Source: Rhodospirillaceae bacterium
GTDB taxonomy: Bacteria; Pseudomonadota; Gammaproteobacteria; Steroidobacterales; Rariloculaceae
Direction: 5' to 3'
DNA length: 49,453 bases
Assembly (NCBI GenBank): GCA_037445815.1
Contig: JBBIJV010000003.1
Span: 1 to 49,453 of the forward strand
Positions 1 through 9,551 of this stretch are shown in pieces. The position numbers and the translations under genes are program-made. Positions within the stretch are counted from its first letter, which is position 1, and the number at the start of each line of letters is the position of its first letter. Below the pieces are notes generated by a model, which made no database searches, had not been told where the DNA came from, and was given only the letters and a program-made list of their open reading frames with translations.

Positions 1-2080
1 CCTCGAGCTGCTTCGTTAGGCTGCTCGCGCCGTGCCCCGACTTCGTCTCGATGCGGATCAACACGGGGTTTGCGGGGCTCGCGAGCTCCTGGAGCGTAGC
101 CGCGTACTTGAACGAATGCGCCGGCACGACGCGATCGTCGTGATCGGCCGTCGTGATCAGCGTAGGCGGATACTTCACGCCGCGGCGGATGTTGTGCAGC
201 GGGGAGTACGCGTACAAAGCTTTGAACTCCTCGGGGTTGTCGCTCGAGCCGTAGTCCGCGATCCAGTTCCAGCCGATCGTGAACTTGTGGAACCGAAGCA
301 TGTCCATGACGCCGACCTGCGGCACCGCGGCGCCGAAGAGCTCGGGCCGCTGGTTCATGACGGCGCCCACGAGCAGCCCGCCGTTCGAGCCGCCGTTGAT
401 CGCAAGCCGCGCCGGCGAGGTGTACCTCTGCTCTATGAGCCACTCGGCCGCGGCGATGAAGTCGTCGAACACGTTCTGCTTCTTGAGCTTCATCCCCTGC
501 CGGTGCCATTCCTCGCCGTATTCACCGCCGCCGCGCAGGTTGGCCGACGCGTAGACGAAGCCCTGCTCGAGCAGCGCGATGCGCGCGGCGCTGAACGTGG
601 GGTTCACGACGATGTTGAAGCCGCCGTACGCGTACAGCAGCGTCGGATTGTTGCCGTCGAGCTCGAGCCCCTTGCGGTAGACGAGGAACATCGGGATCCG
701 AGTGCCGTCCTTGCTCGGGTAGAAGACCTGCTTCGTCTCGAATTGATCGGGGTCGTAACCCGGCACGCGGGGGGCGCGGAACACGGTGCTCGTGCGCGAC
801 GCGATGTCGTAGCGGTATATCGTAGGCGGCACGCTGAGCGAGTTGAACGTGTAGAACACGAACGGCGAGTCGTTCGGCCCGCTGAAGCCCGTGGCCGTGC
901 CGGGCCCCGGCAGCGCGATCTCGTTCTCGAGCGTGCCGTCGAGCGCGTACACGTAGGCGCGCGTCGCGACGTCCTTGAGATACGTGGCGAACAGCTTGCC
1001 GCCGGCCGCCGTCACGCTCGCGATCGGCTCCGGCCGCTCCGGCAGTATCGTCTGCCAATTCGACTCGGCGATGTTCGCGGGGTCGATCGAGACGACGCGC
1101 CAGTTCGGCGCACCGTGGTTCGTCGCGACGAGGAGCTTGTCGCCGACGTTGTCGACGACGTAGAACGTGTCGTTCGTGATCTCCGGCACGAGCGGCTGGA
1201 ACTCGGAGCCTGGCTTCGTCAGGTCGCGCACGTAGAGCGCGTTGCCGTCCAGGCCCTTGCCGCGATCGGACACCTCGAGGATCAGGAAGCGCTCGTCCTC
1301 CGTCGTCGACGTGGTATGGAAGCGCTGCGGATTCGCGGGGTCCTCGTAGACGAGCGTATCGGCCGACTGCGGCGTGCCGAGCTTGTGAAAGAACACCTGG
1401 TGGTTCTCGTTGATCGAGGCCCGCTCGCGGCCCTCGGGCGGCTCGGGATAGCGGCTGTAGTAGAAGCCATCGCCGTGCCAGGCGACCTGCGACACCTTCG
1501 CCCACTCGATCGAGTCCGCGAGCTCGCGCTTCGTCGCGAGCTCGAGCACCTTGTACTGCTGCCAGTCGGAGCCGCTGCGCGAGATGCCGTAGACGGCGTA
1601 CTTCGCATCCTTCGACGGCTCGAACGCCGAAAGCTGCACCGTGCCGTCGGGCGACCACGTGTTCGGATCGAGCAGCACCTCGGGCGCCGCGTCGAGGCCC
1701 TGCTGGAGATACAGCACGCTTTGATTCTGTAGGCCTTCGTTCTTGCTGAAGAAGAAATAGGCGCCCTTGCGCGCCGGCGCGCCGTAGCGCTCGTAGTCGT
1801 TGAGCTCGATGACGCGCTTACGAACCGCTTCGCGGTAGGGAATACTTTCGAGGTACGGGAACGTGACGGCGTTTTGCGCTTCGACCCACGCGGCCGTCTC
1901 GGGCGAAGTCTCGTCCTCGAGCCAGCGGTACGGGTCCGCTACCTTCGTCCCGTGATAGTCGTCGACCTGGTCGACCTTCTTCGTCGTGGGATAGCGCACG
2001 GGTCCCTCCACTTTCGGTTGAGCCGTGAGCGCCGCCGCTCCGATGACCGCAGCTGCAACCGCGAACGCCCGACGTTTCAT
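1..2080 (-). CDS. Prolyl oligopeptidase (peptidase S9A), secreted; 3' end runs off the window
   Basis: Not in the ORF track because there is no stop in the window. Manual translation from ATG 2080 gives the signal peptide MKRRAFAVAAAVIGAAALTA, then VADPYRWLED, GSDW, catalytic GGSNGGLL, VGVMDMLRFHKFTIG, DHDDRVVPAHS and KSGHG. Confidence 0.95.
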   Translation of the reverse strand, partial: MKRRAFAVAAAVIGAAALTAQPKVEGPVRYPTTKKVDQVDDYHGTKVADPYRWLEDETSPETAAWVEAQNAVTFPYLESIPYREAVRKRVIELNDYERYGAPARKGAYFFFSKNEGLQNQSVLYLQQGLDAAPEVLLDPNTWSPDGTVQLSAFEPSKDAKYAVYGISRSGSDWQQYKVLELATKRELADSIEWAKVSQVAWHGDGFYYSRYPEPPEGRERASINENHQVFFHKLGTPQSADTLVYEDPANPQRFHTTSTTEDERFLILEVSDRGKGLDGNALYVRDLTKPGSEFQPLVPEITNDTFYVVDNVGDKLLVATNHGAPNWRVVSIDPANIAESNWQTILPERPEPIASVTAAGGKLFATYLKDVATRAYVYALDGTLENEIALPGPGTATGFSGPNDSPFVFYTFNSLSVPPTIYRYDIASRTSTVFRAPRVPGYDPDQFETKQVFYPSKDGTRIPMFLVYRKGLELDGNNPTLLYAYGGFNIVVNPTFSAARIALLEQGFVYASANLRGGGEYGEEWHRQGMKLKKQNVFDDFIAAAEWLIEQRYTSPARLAINGGSNGGLLVGAVMNQRPELFGAAVPQVGVMDMLRFHKFTIGWNWIADYGSSDNPEEFKALYAYSPLHNIRRGVKYPPTLITTADHDDRVVPAHSFKYAATLQELASPANPVLIRIETKSGHGASSLTKQLE

Positions 2081-2400
2081 GGGACCGCCCTCGATGTGCC
2101 TTGCCCAAGGCTTTCGAGCCGATTATGCCATCGGCTCCAAGGCGGCCGTATTGCGTGCGGCGCCGTCGATCAGCCGTTGTCGAGCGGGCTCACGGCCGGG
2201 CACATCCGCCGTGCGTTCGACGCTGTCAGGCACGCGCATGACCCACGCGTTTGCCGGCAAGCCCGGGCGGTGCGGGCGAGTTGCGCGCCGGCTCCGCAAC
2301 ACGGGGCCACTCTGGACGCCGTCGCGGAACCATCCCGGAACTCCGCGCCGTGTGCCATGATTCGCTCCCGGCTCAATCAACTCCTGCTTTGGGGGGAATC

Positions 2401-3345
2401 GTGCGCATCAATACTCTCTTGGCTTGCGGTATCGCGGCATCGTTGGCGGCCGGCGTGGCGCTGGCGCAGCAGGCGCAATCGGGCGGCCCGCAACCGTATC
2501 GCGTCGGCACCCCGCTCGGCGCGACGAACGAAGCGGGCGTACAGCAGCCGCTGTCGAGCAACGTGAAGGTCTACGGCAGCTTTCACTTCGCCGAGAGCTG
2601 CACCTTCGACCCGACGCGCAACTTGATCGTCGCGATGAACGCCGGGAATCCGCAGATGGTGCAGGAGAACGACGGGTTCGTCTCCCTGATCAATCCCGAC
2701 GGCTCGGTTCATACGAGCAAGTGGATCGGCGTCACGCGCGACGGGCTCACGTTGAATCATCCGCTCGGCAGCGCGATCGCCGGCAACACGCTGTACGTCG
2801 CCGACATCGACACGGTTCGCAGATTCGACTTGAGGACGGGAACGCCTGGGGAGGCCACGAAGATCGAAGGCGCAACGATCCTGAACGGCATCGCCGCCAC
2901 GGCCGACGGCACGGTCTACGTCTCGAACACGCGCAATCCCGAGCGCATCTTCAAGATCGCGCCGAACGGCACGGTGAGCACGTTCGCCGAAGGCGCGCCG
3001 CTCGCAGCGCCGAACGGCGTCGCGATGGATACGGACGGCAACATCGTCGTCGTGAACATCGGCACGAAAGACGTCGTCACATACAACCCGGCCGGGCAAG
3101 TCGTGCGCACGGAGCAAGCGGCCGAGAGCGGCAACGACGGCGTCGTCGTGCTGCCCGACGGCACGAAGTACGTGAGCAGCGTGCGTTTCGGCAGCGTATC
3201 GCGCATTCGGCGCGGGCAGCCGGCGGAGATCATCGCCACGGGCATCCCGAGCGCGGCATCGATGTGCTACGACTCGCGGCAGAACCAGCTCGTGATCCCG
3301 CTGAATCCGAACAACGCGCTCGCGTTCATTCCGCTCGGGCGTTGA
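2401..3345 (+). CDS. Secreted SMP-30/gluconolactonase-like beta-propeller protein
   Basis: GTG at 2401 after a G-rich SD; signal peptide ...GVALA-QQ; repeated blade motifs (AESCTFD, LNHPLG, LNGIA, PNGVA, NDGVV). Confidence 0.8.
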   Translation: MRINTLLACGIAASLAAGVALAQQAQSGGPQPYRVGTPLGATNEAGVQQPLSSNVKVYGSFHFAESCTFDPTRNLIVAMNAGNPQMVQENDGFVSLINPDGSVHTSKWIGVTRDGLTLNHPLGSAIAGNTLYVADIDTVRRFDLRTGTPGEATKIEGATILNGIAATADGTVYVSNTRNPERIFKIAPNGTVSTFAEGAPLAAPNGVAMDTDGNIVVVNIGTKDVVTYNPAGQVVRTEQAAESGNDGVVVLPDGTKYVSSVRFGSVSRIRRGQPAEIIATGIPSAASMCYDSRQNQLVIPLNPNNALAFIPLGR

Positions 3346-3383
3346 CGTTTGGGGCGGAGGGCCGCTCGGCGGCTCCCCTACTG

Positions 3384-4187
3384 ATGACGGCTACAGCGAC
3401 CTATCAAATCTTCGCGATCAAGTATGCCAACGTCGGCCGCAAGGCCTGGGGCAACTTCGTCGACGGCGACCCGCACGAAGACTGGGACATGCCGCTCGAC
3501 TACTACGTCTGGGCCATCGTCGGTGACGGCCGCACGTTCGTCGTCGACACGGGCTTCGACGCGGCGATGGCGAAAAAGCGCGACCGCAAGATCGTCCACC
3601 CCGTCGACGAAGGACTAGCCGCCGTGGGCATTCGCCATGCCGACGTCGAAGACGTCATCGTCACGCACATGCACTACGACCACTGCGGCAACGGCGAGCT
3701 GTTCCCGAACGCACGCTTTCATCTGCAAGACACCGAGATGGAGTACGTGACGGGCCGCTGCATGTGCCACCATCAGATCAACCATGCGTTCGAGGCCGAC
3801 GACGTCTCGCGCATGGTGCGCCGCGTCTTCGCGGGCCGCGTGCAGTTCCACGACGGTACCGACGAGCTCGCGCCCGGCATCACGGTGCACAAGATTGGCG
3901 GCCACACGAAGGGATTGCAGTGCGTGCGCGTCGCAACGGAACGCGGCCCCGTCGTGCTGGCGTCCGACGCCACGCACTTCTACGCGCACATCGACTCGCG
4001 GCGCGTGTTCCGAGTGCTCTACAACCAGGGCGACATGCTCGAGGGCTACAACACACTCGAGCGGCTTGCCGGCCACAAGAACCGCGTGATTCCGGGGCAC
4101 GACCCGCTCGTGCTCGAGCGCTATCCCGCGGCGTCCGCGAGCACCGAAGGCTGGGCCGTGCGCGTCGATTTGCCGCCGAAAAATTGA
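3384..4187 (+). CDS. N-acyl-homoserine lactonase family metallo-beta-lactamase-fold hydrolase
   Basis: C-terminal part of track ORF 2424..4187; VDTG, THMHYDH, GGHTKG, LASDA and PGHDP motifs. Confidence 0.9.
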   Translation: MTATATYQIFAIKYANVGRKAWGNFVDGDPHEDWDMPLDYYVWAIVGDGRTFVVDTGFDAAMAKKRDRKIVHPVDEGLAAVGIRHADVEDVIVTHMHYDHCGNGELFPNARFHLQDTEMEYVTGRCMCHHQINHAFEADDVSRMVRRVFAGRVQFHDGTDELAPGITVHKIGGHTKGLQCVRVATERGPVVLASDATHFYAHIDSRRVFRVLYNQGDMLEGYNTLERLAGHKNRVIPGHDPLVLERYPAASASTEGWAVRVDLPPKN

Positions 4188-4254
4188 CCCCGGAGAGCGC
4201 CTAGAACCGCCGCCGACGGCTCCGACTTCGGGTAAACCGGATTATGGTGCAAAG

Positions 4255-4294
4255 CCGGCCACCGCGCGCCTTTGGGGCGGTGCCGGATCTTTTT
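4255..4294 (+). terminator. Possible intrinsic terminator after the lactonase pair
   Basis: GC stem CCGG(C)CACCGC / GCGGTGCCGG followed by ATCTTTTT; the loop is large and the U-tract is offset. Confidence 0.35.
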
Positions 4295-4319
4295 ACGTGC
4301 GCCAGTTCCTTTCCATAAT
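4292..4319 (+). promoter_or_regulatory. Candidate sigma70 promoter for the small ORF at 4443
   Basis: TTTACG-N16-CATAAT. Confidence 0.4.
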
Positions 4320-4442
4320 ACGGCCGTCCGCCGCCCGCAGCCGCGAGGTTGCTCGCCTTGCGCGCGCCGAGTGGACGCTCGATGCATGCGCGCCGAAAAT
4401 TTCCCTCGACTTGTTTTGGTCCGCGAGGATAAGGAAAAAAAC

Positions 4443-4646
4443 ATGAGCTCGCTGTTCGCACGGAAGCGGAATCTCAGCCCGGAGCTGCTCACGCTACCCG
4501 CCTTTTGCGTTCCGGCCGAGGAGTCCGCCCAGCTCAACGCGAAGCGCGAAGCGCAACTTCAGTGGATGCGCGCCCAAGGCGTCGAATACATCCTCGGTAG
4601 CCCGGTGAAGCGGCACACGCCGATCCCGGAAAAGCGCGTCGCATAA
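4443..4646 (+). CDS. Small hypothetical protein (67 aa)
   Basis: Strong SD (GAGGATAAGGA) before the ATG; codon usage resembles the host; fills the gap before convergent argS. Confidence 0.7.
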   Translation: MSSLFARKRNLSPELLTLPAFCVPAEESAQLNAKREAQLQWMRAQGVEYILGSPVKRHTPIPEKRVA

Positions 4647-4672
4647 GCGCGCGTTACGCCGGCGCCTGAGCG

Positions 4673-6418
4673 CTACATGCGCTCGGGCGCGGCGATCCCC
4701 AAAAGACCGAGCCCGCGTGAGAGCACGCGCGCCGTCAGCTCGCAAAGCGCGAGCCGTGACGCGCGCGTGGCTGCGTCCGGCGCTTTGAGCACGGGGCACG
4801 TCTCGAAGAACGCCGTGAACGCGGTCGCGAGATTGTAGAGGTACCCGGCCAAGCGATGCGGGCGCAGCGTCGCGCCCGCTTCCACCACGGCCGCTCCGAA
4901 GTCGAGCAGCTCGAGCGCAAGCGTGCGCTCGGCCGGCTCGGCAATTTGCAGCGCGGCGTTCGCGTCGCAGGTGATGCCGCTCTCGGCGCCCTTGCGGAAG
5001 ATCGAGCAGATCCGCGCGTGCGCGTATTGCAGGTACGGGCCCGTGCGCCCTTCCACGGCGAGCATGCGGTCGAAGTCGAACACGTAGTCCTTGACTCGGT
5101 CGTTCGCGAGATCGGCGTACTTGACGGCGCCGATGCCGATCGCGGCCGCAAGCTCGCGCCGCTCCTTTTCGTCGCGGTCCGCGTCGCGGGCGATGAGCCC
5201 AGCGTCGGCGCGTTCGACGGCCTCGTCGAGCAGGTCCGTGAGCCGCACGGTCTCGCCGGAGCGCGTCTTGAACATCTTCTTGTCGGCGCCAAGCACCGAG
5301 CCGAACGCGACGTGCTCGGCGCGCGCCGGCGGCGCGAGCCAACCGGCCTGCGCCGCGACGGCGAACACCATCGCCAGGTGCTGCGCCTGCGGCGCACCGA
5401 CGACGTACAGGAGCCGCGTGCCGCCTAGCGTCTGCGTGCGATAGCGGATCGCGGCGAGATCCGTGGCGGCGTAGCCATAACCGCCGTCTTGCTTGCGCAC
5501 GATCAGCGGCAACGGCTCGCCGGCGCGGTTCGCGAAGCCCGGCGGGAACGCGCAGAGTGCGCCCTCGTTCAACGTGGCGAGGCCCTTGCGCTCGAGCTCC
5601 GCGGCCACTTCGGATAGCTCCGCGTTGTACGCGCTTTCGCCGCGCACGTCCTCGTCTCGCAGAGTCACGCCGAGCCGCTCATAGACCTGCGTGAAATAGC
5701 GTTTCGACAGATCGACGAGCTGCCGCCACAGAGCGAGCGTGCGCTCGTCGCCCGCCTGGAGCAGCACGACGCGCTGCCGCGCGCGTTCGGCGAAGCCCTG
5801 ATCGGAATCGAACTTCGCGCGCGCAGCGCGGTAGAAATCGCTGAGCTCGCCCATCGTTGCCTGCGCCGCGCGCTCGCCCACGTCGAGCAGATGCTCGATC
5901 AGCATGCCGAACGGCGTGCCCCAGTCGCCGATGTGGTTCTGCCGAATCACGTCGTGGCCCGCGAGCTCGAGCAGCCGCGCGAGCGCGTCGCCAATGATCG
6001 TGGAGCGCAGATGGCCGACGTGCATCTCCTTCGCCACGTTCGGCGCCGAATAGTCGATGACGACGCGATCCTTGACGGCCGCGACGGGCACGCCCAGCCG
6101 CTCGTCGCGCGCGACGCCGGACAACGCTTGCTCGAGCGCCGCCGGCTGCAGCGTGACATTGATGAAGCCGGGCCCCGCGATCTCGACGCGCTCGCAAACG
6201 TCGGCGAGATCGGCGGCGGCGACGACGGCTTCCGCGACCTTCCGCGGCGGCCGCTTCAGCGCCTTCGCGAGCCCCATCGCGAGATCGGCCTGGTAGTCGG
6301 CGCGCTCGGAGCGGCGCACCATCGGATCAACCGCGCCGTGCTCGGCGCCGAACGCCTTCGCGACGGCGGCCCGGAGGCGTGTCTCGAGGGTAGTGCGCGG
6401 ATCGTGCGCGGCCGTCAC
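4673..6418 (-). CDS. argS: Arginine--tRNA ligase
   Basis: DYSAPNVAKEMHVGHLRSTIIGD (HIGH motif), NHIGDWGTPFG, KMFKTRSG, YLQYAHARI and C-terminal PERM. Confidence 0.98.
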   Translation of the reverse strand: MTAAHDPRTTLETRLRAAVAKAFGAEHGAVDPMVRRSERADYQADLAMGLAKALKRPPRKVAEAVVAAADLADVCERVEIAGPGFINVTLQPAALEQALSGVARDERLGVPVAAVKDRVVIDYSAPNVAKEMHVGHLRSTIIGDALARLLELAGHDVIRQNHIGDWGTPFGMLIEHLLDVGERAAQATMGELSDFYRAARAKFDSDQGFAERARQRVVLLQAGDERTLALWRQLVDLSKRYFTQVYERLGVTLRDEDVRGESAYNAELSEVAAELERKGLATLNEGALCAFPPGFANRAGEPLPLIVRKQDGGYGYAATDLAAIRYRTQTLGGTRLLYVVGAPQAQHLAMVFAVAAQAGWLAPPARAEHVAFGSVLGADKKMFKTRSGETVRLTDLLDEAVERADAGLIARDADRDEKERRELAAAIGIGAVKYADLANDRVKDYVFDFDRMLAVEGRTGPYLQYAHARICSIFRKGAESGITCDANAALQIAEPAERTLALELLDFGAAVVEAGATLRPHRLAGYLYNLATAFTAFFETCPVLKAPDAATRASRLALCELTARVLSRGLGLLGIAAPERM

Positions 6419-6591
6419 GCGAGCGGCCTCGCGGAAGAAGGAGAACTGGCGCGGAGCAGAGCGGGCACGGTCGAGGTCCTTGGGATTCGAGGGCGCGTAG
6501 TATACGGCCCACGCTCGACCGCCGAGGCGGCTGAACCGGCCGAGAATGGCGCGGTCTAGTGCGCTCGAAGCCCCGGATAGTAGGATCGCCC

Positions 6592-6903
6592 ATGAAGATT
6601 ACTCGCTCGCAATGGCTCCTTGTGGCTTCGGCTTGCCTGATCGTCGCCTCGTCGGCGGCTCAATCCGGCGCCGATCGTCCGCCCGGCGTCGACGAAAACC
6701 GTTGGGTGCCGATCTCCGCCACGGCAGGAATCGTCCTGACGAACGTCCCGGGGATGCCCACCGCATCTCGGTTTCGGGATGGCGCCGCGGAGCCTGTCGT
6801 TCCGCTTCGAGCCGGAAGCGGAGTTCTGATGGTCAAACACGCCGGGGCCTGGATGCGCGTCGAGCTCGATCTCCCGCAGCCTCGCGTGCAGCCCTTGCTC
6901 TAG
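6592..6903 (+). CDS. Small secreted hypothetical protein (103 aa)
   Basis: ATG after AGGA; signal peptide MKITRSQWLLVASACLIVASSAA. Confidence 0.7.
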   Translation: MKITRSQWLLVASACLIVASSAAQSGADRPPGVDENRWVPISATAGIVLTNVPGMPTASRFRDGAAEPVVPLRAGSGVLMVKHAGAWMRVELDLPQPRVQPLL

Positions 6904-6921
6904 CTCGCGACTGTCGAGCCG

Positions 6922-7893
6922 TCACGGCACGAGGAGCAGCTTGCCGGCCGTGCGCCGCGACTCGAGCGCGCGGTGTGCGTCGGCCGCTTCGGCGAGTCGA
7001 AAGACTCGATCGACCGTGATTTTCAGCTTGCCGGCCGCCAACCACGCGAAGAGATCTCGGGCGCGGCCGACGAGCTCTTCGCGCGTCGCGATGTATTGGT
7101 TCAACCCCGGCCGCGTGAGGAACAGCGAGCCCTTGGCCCCGAGCACGGCGGGATCGAACGGCGCCACGGGCCCGCTCGAGAAGCCGAACAGGGCGAGCAT
7201 GCCGCGCGGCCTCAGGCAATTCAGGCTCTTGTCGAAGGTGTCCTTGCCGACCGAGTCGTACACGACGTCGACCCCCCGCCCGTTCGTGAGCCTCTTGATC
7301 TCCGCCTCGAAATCCTGCCTTCGATAGTCGATGGTCGCCGCGGCGCCCGCCTTGCGCGCAATCTCCGCCTTGGCCTCGCTGCCGACCGTCGCGTAGACGG
7401 TCGCGCCCCGCAGCCGCGCAACCTGCGTCACGAGCTGCCCCGCCCCGCCTGCCGCCGCGTGCACGAGGGCCGTGTCGCCCGGCTTGATTGGATACGTGCT
7501 GTGCGTCAGGTAGTGCGCCGTCAGGCCCTGTAGCATCACGGCGGCGGCCGTCTGCGCGTCGATCCCGTCCGGCACCTGGACGAGCCGCTTCGCCGGCACG
7601 ACTGCGTACTGCGCATACGCGCCGACCACCATCGCATAGGCGACGCGATCGCCGACCGCGACCTCCGTAACGCCCTCGCCGACGGCCGTGACCGTGCCGG
7701 CCGCCTCGGACCCGAGCGTAAATGGGAGCGCCGGCGGCTTGTAGCGCCCAGCCCGCTGCTGCACATCAATGAAGTTCACGCCGGCGGCGGCGATCTTCAC
7801 CAGCGCCTCGCCCGCCTTCGGCTCCGGCGTGGGAACTTCGTCGTAGCGGAGCGCCTCCGGTCCGCCGCATTCGTGTACGCGAATCGCTTTCAT
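6922..7893 (-). CDS. qor: NADPH:quinone oxidoreductase (zeta-crystallin/Qor family)
   Basis: [53 protein letters not shown]. Confidence 0.93.
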   Translation of the reverse strand: MKAIRVHECGGPEALRYDEVPTPEPKAGEALVKIAAAGVNFIDVQQRAGRYKPPALPFTLGSEAAGTVTAVGEGVTEVAVGDRVAYAMVVGAYAQYAVVPAKRLVQVPDGIDAQTAAAVMLQGLTAHYLTHSTYPIKPGDTALVHAAAGGAGQLVTQVARLRGATVYATVGSEAKAEIARKAGAAATIDYRRQDFEAEIKRLTNGRGVDVVYDSVGKDTFDKSLNCLRPRGMLALFGFSSGPVAPFDPAVLGAKGSLFLTRPGLNQYIATREELVGRARDLFAWLAAGKLKITVDRVFRLAEAADAHRALESRRTAGKLLLVP

Positions 7894-8036
7894 GCGTGTC
7901 CTGCTGCTGAGAGTCGCGGTGTCTCTTTGACCCACCACCGCCGTTCGATGGCGATACAACGGAACGTCAAAGCGAGACGCCGCTACCGAGCCTCACTATA
8001 TCGCAGGCATGACACGCGACGGTTTACTATGCGCAC

Positions 8037-9329
8037 GTGAATAACGAGGCGCTCCGCTACCAATCGGGCTTCGGGAACGACTTCGCGAGCGAGGCGCTGC
8101 CCGGCGCGTTGCCGATCGGGCAGAGCAACCCGCAGAAGCCGCCGTACGGGCTCTACACCGAAGAAATCAACGGCACGAGCTTCACGGCGCCACGCGCGTC
8201 GATGCGCCGCTGCTGGACGTACCGGATTCGGCCGTCGGCGGTGCACGAGCCGTTCCGCGAAATTGAGTCCGGGCTGATTCGCAGCGCGCCGTTCGACGAG
8301 GTGCCTGCGTCGCCGAATCAGCTGCGGTGGCGGCCGCTGCCGCTCCCCAAAGAGCCGACGGACTTCGTCGCCGGCCTCGTGACGATGGGCGGCAACGGCG
8401 ACCCGGGGCTACAGACCGGCGCGGCCGTGCATATGTACGCCGCGAACCAGTCGATGGTGGACCGGTTCTTCTACGATGCCGACGGCGAGCTCTTGATCGT
8501 GCCGCAGCAGGGCGCGCTGACGGTGCGCACGGAGCTCGGCATCCTCGCGGTCGCGCCGGGCGAGATCTGCGTGGTGCCGCGCGGCGTCAAGTTCCGCGTC
8601 GAGCTCGACGGGCCGGCGCGCGGCTACGTCTGCGAGAACTACGGCGCGCATTTCCGCTTGCCGGAGCTCGGGCCGATCGGGACGAGCGGCTTGGCCAACT
8701 CGCGCGACTTCCTGGCGCCCGTGGCGGCGTTCGAGGAGCGCGACGGCGATTTCCGCGTCGTCGCGAAGTTCTTGGGCAAACTCTGGGAAGCGAAGATCGA
8801 TCATTCGCCGCTCGACATCGTCGCGTGGCACGGCACGTACGTGCCGTACAAGTACGATCTCGCGCGCTTCAACACGATCAACACCGTCAGCTACGACCAT
8901 CCGGACCCGTCGATCTTCACGGTGCTGACGGCGCCGACAGCGACGCCGGGCACGGCGAACATCGACTTCGGCGTGATCACGGACCGCTGGTCCGTGGCTC
9001 GCAACACGTTCCGGCCGCCGCCATTTCACCGCAACGTGTGCAGCGAGTTCGTCGGGCTCGTCAGAGGCCGCTACATCGGCAAGGCCGAGGGGTTCGAGCC
9101 GGGCTGCGCGAGCCTGCACAACTGCATGTCGGGCCACGGCCCGGACAGTGACGCGTTCGAGGCGGGATCGAGCGCGGCCGACGCGCCACAGTACCTCGGC
9201 GATACGGTCACGATCATTTTCGAGACGCAGCTCGTGATCCGTCCGACTCGCTTCGCGCTCGAGACGGAGATTCTCGAGCGCGACTACTACCGCCACTGGC
9301 AGGGCCTCAAGAAGCATTTCCGCCGCTGA
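8037..9329 (+). CDS. hmgA: Homogentisate 1,2-dioxygenase family protein with divergent active-site segments
   Basis: [46 protein letters not shown]; Fe-ligand motifs HRN..SE and HGPD. Confidence 0.9.
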   Translation: MNNEALRYQSGFGNDFASEALPGALPIGQSNPQKPPYGLYTEEINGTSFTAPRASMRRCWTYRIRPSAVHEPFREIESGLIRSAPFDEVPASPNQLRWRPLPLPKEPTDFVAGLVTMGGNGDPGLQTGAAVHMYAANQSMVDRFFYDADGELLIVPQQGALTVRTELGILAVAPGEICVVPRGVKFRVELDGPARGYVCENYGAHFRLPELGPIGTSGLANSRDFLAPVAAFEERDGDFRVVAKFLGKLWEAKIDHSPLDIVAWHGTYVPYKYDLARFNTINTVSYDHPDPSIFTVLTAPTATPGTANIDFGVITDRWSVARNTFRPPPFHRNVCSEFVGLVRGRYIGKAEGFEPGCASLHNCMSGHGPDSDAFEAGSSAADAPQYLGDTVTIIFETQLVIRPTRFALETEILERDYYRHWQGLKKHFRR

Positions 9330-9551
9330 GACGGCCTCCTCGTCCCGATCATCGAGGCCGTCCGAGGCCCTCGTTCGTAGAACGGCCGCCCCGGCGCGCT
9401 AAGTTTTCTGGAGCGGAGCCGCCGCACGCGCAGAGAAGCGCGCACCTTGTGCCTTGGCCCGCTACAATTTTGTCGAGGGATCGGGGTCCCGAGCGGTCCG
9501 GAGGCTCTTTGCGGGCCACGAGGCGACTGGCGGAGGAATGGGAAGACTCTC

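Noticed and set aside
32-1732. Long + strand ORF (566 aa) and similar long antisense or alternate-frame ORFs (e.g. 9462..11936, 20015..22390, 27733..29616, 39587..41299)
   Set aside because: Shadow frames of real genes in high-GC DNA; Arg/Ala-rich with no motifs.
2123-2380. Small ORFs in the peptidase/propeller intergenic region
   Set aside because: No SD or recognisable motif; they overlap the divergent promoter region.
4229-4290. Second c-di-GMP-I riboswitch (GGTAAACC...GCAAAGCC)
   Set aside because: Lacks the P2 stem with GNRA loop, the CTAA receptor and the 3' GTTRCC; better explained as chance similarity plus a terminator-like hairpin.
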